64,000 bases of DNA, taken from assembly GCA_012862495.1 (NCBI GenBank), contig BLSG01000411.1:62001-126000 (forward strand), given 5' to 3'. A program made the position numbers and the translations under genes. Below are positions 23,486 through 35,276 of this stretch, piece after piece. The stretch comes from Thraustochytrium aureum (Eukaryota). The notes beneath the pieces were generated by a model. That model searched no databases, had not been told where the DNA came from, and was given only the letters and a program-made list of their open reading frames with translations. Position 1 is the stretch's first letter; each line of letters begins with the position of its first letter.

Positions 23486-25949
23486 TCACTGCCATGCTGA
23501 CGAGAGCTGGCGCTCCTTGACCATCCCGCTGAGCACGACCGCTCCGACGCCAAGCCCCGAAGTTAGCAGAATGAGCAGCGCAAAGCTAAAGTCCTCGTTG
23601 AGCACATCGAACCCCTTGCTCGGCATCACGCGAGCGAAAAACAGGTCGAGCCCTGTCGTCAGCACCAAGGAAGTGGACTCGAGTCGAGTGGGGAACGAGT
23701 GGATCGCGCCAATGCGCGCGAGGGTGCGGTTGTAAGACAGCGTGAACGTCGGCACGATCGGGAGCTGGGGGAAATAGCTGACGAGGCCCTCCAGCGTCTC
23801 CTCGTCGGTTGGCTTGCCCATGGGTCGGCGCGCATCGAGCAGCTGGCGGATCTGCATGTTGACCGAGCCAGGCTCGACGCCGAGGAACACGCGCCTGTCC
23901 GCAATCCCGAACCGCGTGGAGGACACGCCCATGGCGCGCACCGCCTTGTCCGTGAAAAATGTGCGCTGGTTGACGCTGGGAAGCTCGACGTCGAACGAGC
24001 TAAAGGTGGACTTGCCGCCCACGTCGTCCTCGCTGCGCGGCGTCCACAGGTTGAGCTCCCGCTTGCCGATCGCGCCCTCGAAGAGCGCCGCGATAGCGAC
24101 CTCGTTGCGAGCGCTGGCCTGGTTCCAGTACGAGTAGACAACCATGTTGTCGTACAGGACCGCGTGGAAAGGGCCCGAGCTCTGCTTGTGCGAAAACCGC
24201 TTGGCGACGCGGCCTGAGACGCCGTCCAAGACCGTCACGATCAGGTCGCCGTTCGCGTTGCGCGTCGCAAGAAGCAGCAGGTTGGGGTTGATGTACCGCA
24301 CCAGCACCGAGCCATCGCCCCGAGCGATGCCCGGGTTGTTCACCTCGCCGCCAGCGTGAGCCTGCACCGCCACGACCTCGTCCCCCGGCGGCACGACAAC
24401 GGTCCAGACCTCCTGCACCCGCCCAGAGCGCCCGAGCGCCATGCCAGAGAGCGTCGCCGAGGCGGCGTCAAAGTGAGCCAAGTGCGTCTTTTTCAGCAGA
24501 TCAGAGTGCTCCTCGAGCCAGGCCTGCTTGTCCGCCGGGAAAGTGCGCCAAACGTTGCCCTCGACGACGGCTACAACGAAGCCAGCCGGCGCGAGGTCCT
24601 CCTCGTCCACGCCGCCTACAGCAGCGCTCTTCCCGGCGGCCTTGTGCTCAAAGTGGTGGGCGAGCTCGCCTGGAATGAAAACGGTCTGCAGCACGGGCCC
24701 CACGGCGGCCTCGCGCCGGAGGAGGGCGCCGGTGTGGGCGTTGCGCCACGTCGCGGCGCCCGTGGCCTGGTTGACGAGGAGGATCTCCGCGGGGTGCGAC
24801 ACGCCAGCGCCGTGAGGACGCGTGACGAACAGCTGTGCCGAACCGCGCAGCGAAGCGTCAAAGACGCCAAACTCGATCGAGCCGGTCAGCGCGTTGATGA
24901 GGAATACCTTCCCAGCCTTGGTGAGAAGCACAATGCCCTTGCGAAAGCCAAACGCGCTGAGCGCGCTGGCCGAGTATCCTTGCTCGCCGCTGGGCAGCTC
25001 GCCTTTGTAGGCCTGCACCAAGATCTCCCCGCGGGATTCGACCACGAGGTTCAAATAGTGGCGCGCAGTGCCGAGGAGCGAGGAGAAGGTCGACCTCAGC
25101 GCGCGCACCTGGTCCTTGAGCCGGAACGCGAAGACCGCAAATCCATTCCCATGCGTCAGTGTGTTGGCGATTTCCTCCGTCAAGTTGGCGTCCACGTCCT
25201 CGAGCACGGGCGGTAGCTCGGTCGAGCCAACCTGCACGACGTTGGCGAGGGCCTCTTCGCGCACATACAAAAGCTGCACCTCGGGCTCTGCTTGCGGCGA
25301 AGCAACGCGCAGCTGGAAAGCGACGATGCTTTCGTCTTCGAACACTGCGACGACTCGCGCGCTGGACCCCCCCGTGGCCTTGATGGAGGCGGCCTGGACA
25401 AACACGCGCTGGACCGCGCCGCGCTCGCCGGCCTGGCCGTCGGCCTCCGGGAACCGGAGGCTGTATTCCTTTCCGCTGGGCGAGACGCGCCACAGTACGC
25501 TGGAGACCATTCCGCATGCTCCGCCAACCAAGCCGGCTCCGGCCTGCTCGATGGCGACCACGCTGCCTGCCCCATCTTCGTTGTCGGGGACAGAGGCGCC
25601 ACCGGCGACCAGGCCTCCCGCGCCACGAGCGATCTGCTTGGCGCTGAGGTCGCTGCTGAGTGCGAACACCTGGTCCCCGACGAGCACGAACGGAAAGTGC
25701 GGGTCGGCGGTGAGCGAGACAGGGCTGCTCGCTCCGGCGCACACCTGCCCAGACGCCTTGGCCTTGCGCTCTGCGAGGTCGAAGAGGACGAGCTCGCCTT
25801 GGCCGGCGGCGGCCCAGGCCAGTAGAGCAGGGGCGCCAGAGCCGCCGCCGACAGCTACAGGTGCCGAACGAGCCGTGCCCAGGTCGCCCTCGACCTCGGC
25901 GGTGTCGGCGCGGTGCTTGGCGGCGTTGAGCTGTGCAACGGACACGCGA
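23486..25949 (-). CDS. EMC1: ER membrane protein complex subunit 1 (5' part in gap 25950-26647)
   Basis: REEALA, FGFRK, GDGSVLVRYINPNL, C-terminal PTRLESTSLV..GLDLFFARVMPSKGFDVLNEDF followed by a TM helix and ..LSSAWQ*. Confidence 0.95.
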
Positions 25950-27170
25950 NNNNNNNNNNNNNNNNNNNNNNNNNNNNNNNNNNNNNNNNNNNNNNNNNNN
26001 NNNNNNNNNNNNNNNNNNNNNNNNNNNNNNNNNNNNNNNNNNNNNNNNNNNNNNNNNNNNNNNNNNNNNNNNNNNNNNNNNNNNNNNNNNNNNNNNNNNN
26101 NNNNNNNNNNNNNNNNNNNNNNNNNNNNNNNNNNNNNNNNNNNNNNNNNNNNNNNNNNNNNNNNNNNNNNNNNNNNNNNNNNNNNNNNNNNNNNNNNNNN
26201 NNNNNNNNNNNNNNNNNNNNNNNNNNNNNNNNNNNNNNNNNNNNNNNNNNNNNNNNNNNNNNNNNNNNNNNNNNNNNNNNNNNNNNNNNNNNNNNNNNNN
26301 NNNNNNNNNNNNNNNNNNNNNNNNNNNNNNNNNNNNNNNNNNNNNNNNNNNNNNNNNNNNNNNNNNNNNNNNNNNNNNNNNNNNNNNNNNNNNNNNNNNN
26401 NNNNNNNNNNNNNNNNNNNNNNNNNNNNNNNNNNNNNNNNNNNNNNNNNNNNNNNNNNNNNNNNNNNNNNNNNNNNNNNNNNNNNNNNNNNNNNNNNNNN
26501 NNNNNNNNNNNNNNNNNNNNNNNNNNNNNNNNNNNNNNNNNNNNNNNNNNNNNNNNNNNNNNNNNNNNNNNNNNNNNNNNNNNNNNNNNNNNNNNNNNNN
26601 NNNNNNNNNNNNNNNNNNNNNNNNNNNNNNNNNNNNNNNNNNNNNNNNCGCTCGGCCAACGCGCAGGTCCTGTTGAAGGCGCCTCGGGCGACAGCTTGCA
26701 AGGACAGCGCCCAGGCTGATCTGCTGGCACGTCATGGCGGGCAATAAAGAAGGTGGACGATGCTCAACCACTAACCGCAGTGGCTTGCTCGCTTGATTGC
26801 TTGGACTGCCGCCGTTTTCGACAGCGCAGGTTGCCTTGGTCTTCGCATGCTGGTGGCAAATTTCGCGGACCCTGCGCGCCGTCGTGCACCTCGGCACTCA
26901 GCACCCGTGAGTGAAGCGACGTAGCCCGTTCTCAGCGTCTCGCGCGCGTGCAGCCACGAAAAACGTAGCAACATCTTTGTCATCCAGCGGGGTCTCCCGC
27001 CTCGCGTTGGACCACGCAAGTACGTCTGTGCCGTCGCATCCGGGCTGGAGCCGAGGTCGTAGTGCGCGGCGGCACGAACGCGCAAGGTGCCTGAGGTCCC
27101 TTGGAAATGAAGAGCGAGATCCCAGGGCGGGCTGTCCCGGGGCGGATCGGCGTTTTGGTTAGGGCTAGAG

Positions 27171-29685
27171 CTACTCGACGGCGAGCTTGGAGTGCAGGCT
27201 GGAGACGCAGATGGCGAAGGCGGCAACGGGCGAGATGGGCCAGCTGAAGTCCATCGTGAAGGTGTCCGTGCCGATGCGGCCGAACTGCAGCACGACGCGC
27301 TTGTCCTCGTTGGCGCGCACTAGCTGGAAGTTTTTCACGCTCGAGCGCGTGACGCGGCCGCGAAAGTTGAGCGTCCAGGCGCGGTGCTTCTTGCTCCAGG
27401 TGGGCTTTTTGTTCACGAGAGGCTGCAGCTTGTCGAACTCGAGCGAGACGAGCGACTGCAGCATCTTGGACTTTTTTTACAGAGCCGGCGTGGGGCCACT
27501 GGACCTGCTCGATCTCGGAGCCCTCTTTGAGCGCCGGGATCGCGACCTGGAACTTGCGGGGCCCCTTGCCGATGTTGCGCTGATACACGACGCAAGCAAG
27601 GTCGCGCGGGCTCCCCTTGTGGCTGCTCACGTCGTTGTGCGCGAGAAAGTGGGTGCCCATCGTGTTGAACACGAGGCTGGTAATCACCTTGCCCGTCTCG
27701 CGCTTGTTTACAGACCCGATGGCCAGGTTGTAATAGCTGTCGACCTGTGCGCGCGCAAACGCGTCAGCCTCGCTCGCACACCAAGCACCGCCGCGCCACA
27801 CAAAACCCTTCGACTTACCCCATATTTGCGGTGCTTTTGCGCAATCATGATCTGCGGCCCGAGCGACCCGTCCTCCCGCTCCAAGTAAAGCTCGTACAAG
27901 TTGTAGTTGACGTGCAGGCCAACCACGCTGCGCTTGATCTTGCACTGGACAGTGCCCAGGTCCGGAGGCAGAGACCGCGTGAGGAACGTGTACAGCGCGT
28001 CCACCGAACTCAAGTACTTGCGCTCAAGGTCCGCGAAGCTGGAGACTTGGTGGTGGTCGTCCTCCTCCTCGCCGTCGTCGTGCCCAGCGACGGTCTTGAT
28101 CGGTTGCTCCTCCGGCGGCGGCGGCGGCGACGCACCGCCCGCTGCGCTGGGCGGCTCGGAAGGCGCAAAGGCCGGCTCGTCGTCCCACGTGATGCCCCAC
28201 TCATCCGAATTTTGCGCCTGGAGGGCCGGCGGCGGGGCACCCGCAAAGCCGCCGATCGCGGGCGGCGGAGCGCCGATGCCACCGTCGTAGTCGCCAGGGG
28301 GCGTCATCGACCCGCTAAGCGCGCTCATGAAGAGAGCCTTGCCATCAGAGTTGGCGCCCGTCCCGGCGCTGTATGGGTCCAAGTTCGCGACTGCATCGTA
28401 TGAAACTGCGGGCGGGGGCGGAAAGTCTTGCTGAGTCGCGCCCCAAGCAGGGGGCGGCACCGCGGCGCTGAACGCAGCAGGCTGGAAGGGGTTCGCTCCG
28501 GCCTGCACGTACGGATTGGCGCCGCCGTACTGGTCAAAGCCAGACCCGCCGTCGAAAGCGATCGAAGTGGCGACAGGGCGGGACAGCGCGTCGATTTCGG
28601 CTTGGCGTTGCCTGGCGCCGAACTGGTCACCCTCGCTCAAAAAGGCGCCCTCGCCTTCCGGAAACAGCAAGCCGAGCTGCACGAACTCGTCGTCCCCTTG
28701 CGTGGCGAGCCGCACGAGCGTCTCCGCATTGAAGTAACCCCTCTTGGAACCAGTCGCGCATCTGCTTGCCGGTGAACGGGCCCTGCACCTGGCCCACGTC
28801 GTCGCGGTACACCCACATCGTCTCGTTGGCCTTGGTGGCCACAGGTGCCTTTTGGAACGCGCTATTCATCTCGGGGAAGTACTGCTGCAATGCGGCTGCG
28901 TCCATCGACTCCTCGTCCACTTGGAGCGAGATGGGCGTGTCAGCGGTCAGCTGGCGCGTCTCGAACCGGGAGCGCATCTCTGCCTCGGACAGAGGGCCGT
29001 GCCGGACGCCTTGGCGGTCCCAGTAAAAGTAGACGCGCTTTTTCGGTTGCGGCAGCCGCTCTGGCTCGCCCTTCATAAACCTCCGCTCTCGCTCGCGCCA
29101 CAGCTCGAGCGTTGCCTGGAACGTTGACGGGTTGGTGACATGGTACTGGTCCTTGCTCGAGGGGTCGGCCGCATAGCTGTGGCGCGACACGCGGTCCTTT
29201 TGGCTCAGCGGCATGGCCGGGGGCGGCACGTCAAAGCTCGGCGACCCTGTCACTGCCTGGTCCTCGGGCAGCGACGAGCTGACGCCGCCCATGTCGAAGG
29301 GGTTGAAGCCGCCGATGGCCCCGATGGCCGGTGAGGCGGCGCTGGGTGAGCGCATCTCAACCGACGGCTGCTGAAGGCTGTCGGGTACGATGCCGGGCTC
29401 GGCAAACATCGTGTACGTCGGGGACTGGGCGCTCGCGGGCTCGGGCATTGTCGACCCTTGAAACCCTCCGTAAGTGGGCGGGGCGGCCGGCTTCGCTTGT
29501 TGCATGCTCAGGAACTCGAGGTATGCGAACGGCACGAAGCCCTCGCCGCCGCTGCGGAGCGACTTGACCTGAATCCACCCGTCCGACGGCTGGTCGGTCT
29601 TCGCAATCACCAAGTCCTCGGCGTTCACCGAGAGCTCCCCTGGCCCTTCCGCCTGGAACTGCTGCGCGCATCTGAACTTGAACAT
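27171..29685 (-). CDS. SH3-GYF-GYF-(Pro-rich)-Tubby domain protein; intron 27745-27818; apparent +1 frameshifts at 28738-28741 and 27472-27478
   Basis: SH3 (FQAEGPGELSV..DGWI..GEGFVPFAYLE); two GYF-type motifs (YFYWDRQGVRHGP; WVYRDDVGQVQGPF..MRDWFQEGYF); Tubby C-terminus (NKKPTW..WTLNFRGRVTRSSVKNFQL..LQFGRIG..FTMDFSWPISP..KLAVE*). Confidence 0.85.
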
Positions 29686-30509
29686 CTCCTCGCGACCGCG
29701 GCTCCGCGGCGCCTCGCGCAACCCCCGATCCCACCAACCAAAAAAAGATCGCCGCAAGGCTCCGCTGCAGCACCGCGGGACCACCCACCACGCAGCGCGC
29801 CGCCGCTTCCGCTACCGCTCCGAGCGCTGCTGCCTCCGCCGCCGCTCTCGCCGCTCCCTCCCTCCCTCCCTCCCTCCCTCGCGCCGGCGCCGCGTTCGTT
29901 GGTCTGCTCTCTTCGCAACTGTCGCTGCCTTCCTCCCTTCCCCTGCTTGCTGCTCTGCTCGCGCTTTTCTCTTTCCGCTTTATTTACTTCATTTTACCGC
30001 TTTTACTTCGAAGTCTCCCCTCGGTCATTTAGGTTACAGACTCTCCCTTCGCCCCTCTTTTGTTTCCCCGAGGTTATCCCGTTAGTCGCCGTGCTCCCTC
30101 TCATGTGCCCCCCGCAGCCCATCTGCCCCCCTCCTCCTACTCGATGAGTTTTTTAAATAAAAAGTGCTTTTTTTCGATGGTTTCTTGCAGGGGGCGAGGT
30201 CGCCGGCCTCACAGGCGCTGCCCACGGGATAGTGAGGGGGCGCGCGGTTTGCGGTTGTATCTTTGGCCGCGCTTGTGAGGGGCTCCGGCGATCAAACGAA
30301 GCGTTCGTCGGCGCTCGGCAGAATCAGCAGATGGAGACAGATACAGGTCTGGGGCTGCGAACGGGCGGGCGGCCGCGCGCGAGCACCTGGCCAGCCAGCC
30401 AGCCAGCCAGCGCGTCGCGGAGCGCGTCGCGGAGCGCGTCGCGGAGTGGAGTCGAGCGCCTGCGCGCCGGTGGGACTGGTGCGTTGTTGTGCAGACGGCT
30501 GTGGCGAAG

Positions 30510-31826
30510 ATGGCGGCGGCCGCGCTTGGCGTGGCGCACCGACGGGCAGGTGGCGCCGCGCGACGCGCGGCGTGGAGACTCGGTGGCACAGGCAAGCGGC
30601 TGCTCTCGCAGTCGAGCGGCGGGAAGAAGAGGGAGACGTACGGGTCGTTTGCTGAGGAGTGGCGCAAGTTTACTTTGCCAGCGGCGCTTGGGTTCGCGTG
30701 CCTCGGCGCCCTTCAGGTGCGGCGGGTGCTCGCTCGCGACCCCGGGGCCGCGAACAACGGGGCCAGTGTGCAAGGCACTGTAGATGCAATCGACTTTGGG
30801 GGCGAGTGGAACGAGTACGCCCTCGCGCTCGTGGAGCGCGTCCCGCCGTATCGCTGGATGTCGCACGTCTGGGGCAAGCTTGCGCGAGCAGAGCTTCCCT
30901 TTGACTGGCTCAAGGACGTGCTGTACGGCGCCTGGACACACCTCTACGCCTGCAATCTGTCCGAGATGCGGTACCCGCTCCACTCGTACAAGAGCCTGAG
31001 CGAGTTCTTCCTGCGCCCGCTTCGCGACGGTGTTCGCGTCGTGGACGCCGACTCCCCCGGCGTAGTCGTGAGCCCCGTCGACGGCCGCGTGCTGCACACG
31101 AGCACGGTCGACCTCGCCGAGATGGACAAGGCCAGGATCGAATCTGTCAAAGGGAGCTGGTACAAGGTGCTCGACTTTGTGGGGCTCTACCCTGAAGGAC
31201 TCGGCGAGGCAAAGGCGCGCCCTGGGCGGAAGCTTCAGACCATCGTCCTGTACCTCGCGCCAGGGGACTACCACCACTACCACTCCCCTGTGGACTGGGA
31301 GATCCGGCAGCGGCGCCATTTTCCGGGCACGCTACTGCCCGTGCGCCCCTGGGCCGTCAAGTATGTCCAGGACCTTTACTGCAAGAACGAGCGCGTCGTC
31401 CTTAATGGGGAGTGGGAGGGCGGGTTTTTCAGCTTTGGCGCAGTGGGCGCCTTGAACGTGGGCTCGATCAACATCGTTTTTGACTCGGAGGTGCTCACCA
31501 ACCAAGAGGCCTGGCTTCCCTTCATGCGGCCCTCGACCAAGCTCGCGCAGCGCGACTATGCCGAGCCAGTTTCGGCCGTGCGCGGCCAGCCGGTCGGCTC
31601 GTTCAACCTGGGGTCCACGATTGTTCTCGTGTTTGAGTCCTCGAGCGAGTTTAGCTTCAACGTACAGCCAGGACAAGTCGTGCGCGTCGGCGAGCGGGTC
31701 GGCACTGATGCGCCAGGCTCAGCTCCGCGCATTGGCGTTTCCGCGCCGCCCTGGCCCGGAGCCCCTTCTGGGGACCTTGCGCGCTCCAAGCTAGACGCGC
31801 TGCGCAGCGACGAGTCGGTGGGCTAG
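30510..31826 (+). CDS. PSD1: Phosphatidylserine decarboxylase proenzyme, mitochondrial type
   Basis: Transit-peptide-like N-terminus plus TM segment; YKSLSEFFLRPLR, VVSPVDGRV, YLAPGDYHHYHSP, NERVVL, VGALNVGSI, autocleavage motif FNLGSTIVLVFE. Confidence 0.96.
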   Translation: MAAAALGVAHRRAGGAARRAAWRLGGTGKRLLSQSSGGKKRETYGSFAEEWRKFTLPAALGFACLGALQVRRVLARDPGAANNGASVQGTVDAIDFGGEWNEYALALVERVPPYRWMSHVWGKLARAELPFDWLKDVLYGAWTHLYACNLSEMRYPLHSYKSLSEFFLRPLRDGVRVVDADSPGVVVSPVDGRVLHTSTVDLAEMDKARIESVKGSWYKVLDFVGLYPEGLGEAKARPGRKLQTIVLYLAPGDYHHYHSPVDWEIRQRRHFPGTLLPVRPWAVKYVQDLYCKNERVVLNGEWEGGFFSFGAVGALNVGSINIVFDSEVLTNQEAWLPFMRPSTKLAQRDYAEPVSAVRGQPVGSFNLGSTIVLVFESSSEFSFNVQPGQVVRVGERVGTDAPGSAPRIGVSAPPWPGAPSGDLARSKLDALRSDESVG

Positions 31827-32066
31827 CGTTTTCCCGCCCTGTTGTGCTGCTGTGCTGCGGCGCTGCTCAACAGCGCTCTTTTCAGTCGACTTGCTCATGC
31901 GCACCGGGGAAGCCCTGGGCCCCCAGCTCCCTCCGCTCACCGCGGGCACAGGGATACGTCCGCTCAGCCGCACCGCGAAGCGTGCGCGCGGTGCGGGGCC
32001 CATCAACAAACGACAAGATTGGTGAAGGTTGTGGTGCAAATGATCTGTGACCCGCGCATTGTTACT

Positions 32067-32529
32067 TCATGACTCTTCAGTTGTTTTCGCAGGAGGGCTC
32101 TCCGGCGGCGGGATCCCGCCCAGCTTCTTAATCTGCTCGTTAATCGTGTGGTTTCGAGCGTTTTCTTTCCTGTGGTGGAGGCACTCAAAGTAGTCTGCGC
32201 GCACCTCCGAGCACTGTTTGACGGCGTCTGTCGCCTCGTGCTGTCCTCCTNNNNNNNNNNNNNNNNNNNNNNNNNNNNNNNNNNNNNNNNNNNNNNNNNN
32301 NNNNNNNNNNNNNNNNNNNNNNNNNNNNNNNNNNNNNNNNNNNNNNNNNNNNNNNNNNNNNNNNNNNNNNNNNNNNNNNNNNNNNNNNNNNNNNNNNNNN
32401 NNNNNNNNNNNNNNNNNNNNNNNNNNNNNNNNNNNNNNNNNNNNNNNNNNNNNNNNNNNNNNNNNNNNNNNNNNNNNNNNNNNNNNNNNNNNNNNNNNNN
32501 NNGCCTTTCGCGCCCCACCCCGACGCCAT
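32067..32529 (-). CDS. NDUFS5: Complex I 15-kDa subunit (twin CX9C); middle in gap
   Basis: N-terminus MASGWGAKG at 32529; C-terminal part CSEVRADYFECLHHRKENAR. Confidence 0.85.
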
Positions 32530-33184
32530 CCTCGGCCGCCCGCGCGCTGCTCTCTCCTCCCCTGCGCTGCGCGCCTGGCTCCTCCAGCCCTGCCTGCCTG
32601 CCTGCCTGCCTCCCCGCCTGCCTGCCTGCCTGCCCGCCTGTCTGCTTGCGCGCTGCTGCTGTCCTTCTTGCGCCTCTGCCATGCAGCTCGCGCAACCCTA
32701 GCCCAGCCCACGCAGTACCCTAACCTATCCCGCTATATGTTCAACCTTCACGAGCAACTTCCGCGTGTTTAACACGCTTGCGCGGGAAATCCGTACCCGA
32801 AGGAATAGATAGAGCCGCTGCGTTTAACCTGACCCGCTGAAGCTGGAGCGCCCCGGAGCAACCAGAGGTACTCCCGACGCTTAATCCACCCGCGTTTTGT
32901 TATATCTATTTACTGTGTGTGATTGTGGAGGCGCTTTAAAAGGCGACCGATAGAATGGGCCGATTGTGCCGACGATTGGCAGGAGCGCAGCAGACCCGAC
33001 TCGCTCGAAAGTGCGCGTGAGAGCGCGCCGTGGACGCTCGAAAAGGGCGCGGCCGCGCTGACGTCAGAGCTGTGAGCCGGGACTGTGGCGAGCGCCTGGT
33101 AGGCGATACTGGACGTGCTGCTCGGCCTGCCAGGCCCTGCGCCCTTCGTTCGGGAGGCGCGGCGTGGACCGCGCGCCGGGCGGG

Positions 33185-33978
33185 ATGGGCAAGCGGAAGC
33201 GCGACCGCGACGCGCGGCCGAAGAAGCTGTACGTCGAGTTTGACGCCGAGGCGCGCAAGGACTACGTGCTGGGCATGCACAAGCGCAAGGTGCAGCGGCG
33301 CACCGAGGCGATCGACAAGCTCAAGGAGCAGATCAAGCAGGAGAAGCTCGACGCGAGGCGCGAGGTGAGTTGAGGAAAGGGGCCAAGGCCCCGCTTCGGG
33401 CGGCGGCGAAGGGTGGGGAAACGCTGACTTGCCCGCACCTTGGGTGTACGTGACAGCGCCGCGATGCCTTGCGGGACGAGCACGACTCGAGGGTGAAGCG
33501 GCACCAAGCGCGGATCGAGGCCCGCGAAGCCGACGCGGACGACGACGACGGCCTCCTCGGCCCCTTGCCCGACTCTGACGCGAACGAGGACGCCGCGGCC
33601 GCCGAAGCCGTGAGCCAAATGACCGGCCAGAGCTCCAAGGTGGAGCGCACGGAAGTGGACGACGAATTCTCCCGCCAGATGTTCGGCAGCAGCGTGGTCA
33701 CGATCACCACCACAAAGCTAGACGCCAGAGACGTCGCCGGCAGCGACGACGAGGCCGAGGCAGACGATGGGGTCACGCCGCTACTGGGTTCCAAGAACGA
33801 CGTCATCCCTTCCACCAAGGCACAGCGCACGCTGCAGCGGCTGCTGCACAAGAAAGCGCGCAGGAAGGCCAACAAGGCGCTGGGGATCCGCAAGCCCACA
33901 AAGCAGCAGACCAAGAGCAAGCGCAAGGGCAACAAAACCAGCGCCACCGAGCGCCGCCGCCGCAGCAAGCAGGCGTAG
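33185..33978 (+). CDS. RRP17: Ribosomal RNA-processing protein 17 / NOL12 family; intron 33365-33456
   Basis: VEFDAEARKDYVLGMHKRKVQRR motif; the GTGAGT..CAG intron joins in frame; Lys/Arg-rich tail. Confidence 0.85.
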
Positions 33979-35276
33979 CTATCGTCCTCCTTCCTGCGAG
34001 CCCTGGGCGCCGCCTCTCGTCTCGTCGCGCCATACCGCTGTGCATACAACCAAACGTTTTGCAATTGTACTCGACCGTCGCCCCTTCCCTCACGCCCTTT
34101 GGGGGGTCGTCCGTTCCTTTGCGCGCTATCTTGCCCCACCGCACGGACCGTCGCAGGCTTGCTCCGTCGCGCATTCTGCAGACCGAGCGCGTGGCTACAG
34201 CGCGTGCGTCGGCGCGAAGCGGCAAGGACGCTGGCCAGGCTCGCGCATTTTGCGAAAACCAGTCTCCAACCCCCAGCAGCCGAGCCGCCCCGTCTCTTCG
34301 CCCCTTTCGACGTCCGGTCCTGCAGAGCACCGCGGCCCTCTGGCGAGGCCTTCGTCGCCGCTTTTTGCATCCCTGGGTGGGTCATTGTCCCCAAAGCCCT
34401 TTCCACGTCTCTGAGACCAGGCTGCACCGGTCAAACCGAAGCCAACCACTGCGCTGGAAGCACTCGATTTGCGCGACCGCCCACTCGTTCGAATGGCAGG
34501 ACAGCTGCCGGCAACCATCCACCGCCGTGGGCGAGGGCAAGGGGCTCGCTCGCCGAGTCCAAGTCATCCATCCGTTGCCACCTTTTCCCTCCTGTTGCGC
34601 GTTTCATTCCGAGTTGCTGCTTGCTTCTTCGTCACTTTTGCATCCCAGAAGGGTCTCAAACCCGCAACGCACTTGCTGTCCGAAGCCAGCCGTCGCTGCC
34701 CTCGCGCCCTCCAGGCAGCCCAGGCCAGCGCGGCCGCATCCCCGGGCCGGCAGCGTCCGCAGCGAGACAGCCAGGCGGCCTGCGGTGCAGCTGGCAGCCA
34801 GCCAGCCGGGCGGCCAGCCGTCCGTGCACGGTGGTGTCCAGTGCGCGTGCCGTGGAGGTGCTGAAATCCGACCCACACTTGCCGACCTTCCTCGTCAATC
34901 AGCCGGTTTCACCCCCTGCAGGCCAACGCGCCGGCCGCTGGGCAGCGTGCAATCGGCCGCTGACGCCGCGCAGGGGGCAGCCGCCGCGCCCGGGAGAGGA
35001 CTCCCAGCGGCGCTGGTGTGCTCCAAGGGGCCANNNNNNNNNNNNNNNNNNNNNNNNNNNNNNNNNNNNNNNNNNNNNNNNNNNNNNNNNNNNNNNNNNN
35101 NNNNNNNNNNNNNNNNNNNNNNNNNNNNNNNNNNNNNNNNNNNNNNNNACCTTTTGCCTTCGCGGAAGGCCGGCCCCGCGCCAGGAGCAGCTGCTGCGGC
35201 AGGAGCCTGGGGCCGCAGGCGCGGCCGCAGCTAGCGCAAAGCGAGCTCTGAGCTCTGCGGCTGGGTCTCGAAGAAA

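Noticed and set aside
32831..32841. GACCCGCTGAA resembles the 5' end of LSU rRNA
   Set aside because: Only ~11 nt match, with no continuation into rRNA sequence.
34000..35033. Overlapping 200-500 aa ORFs here and at 47430-49200
   Set aside because: Expected from stop-codon scarcity in high-GC DNA; no protein-like motifs. Likely promoter/UTR sequence.
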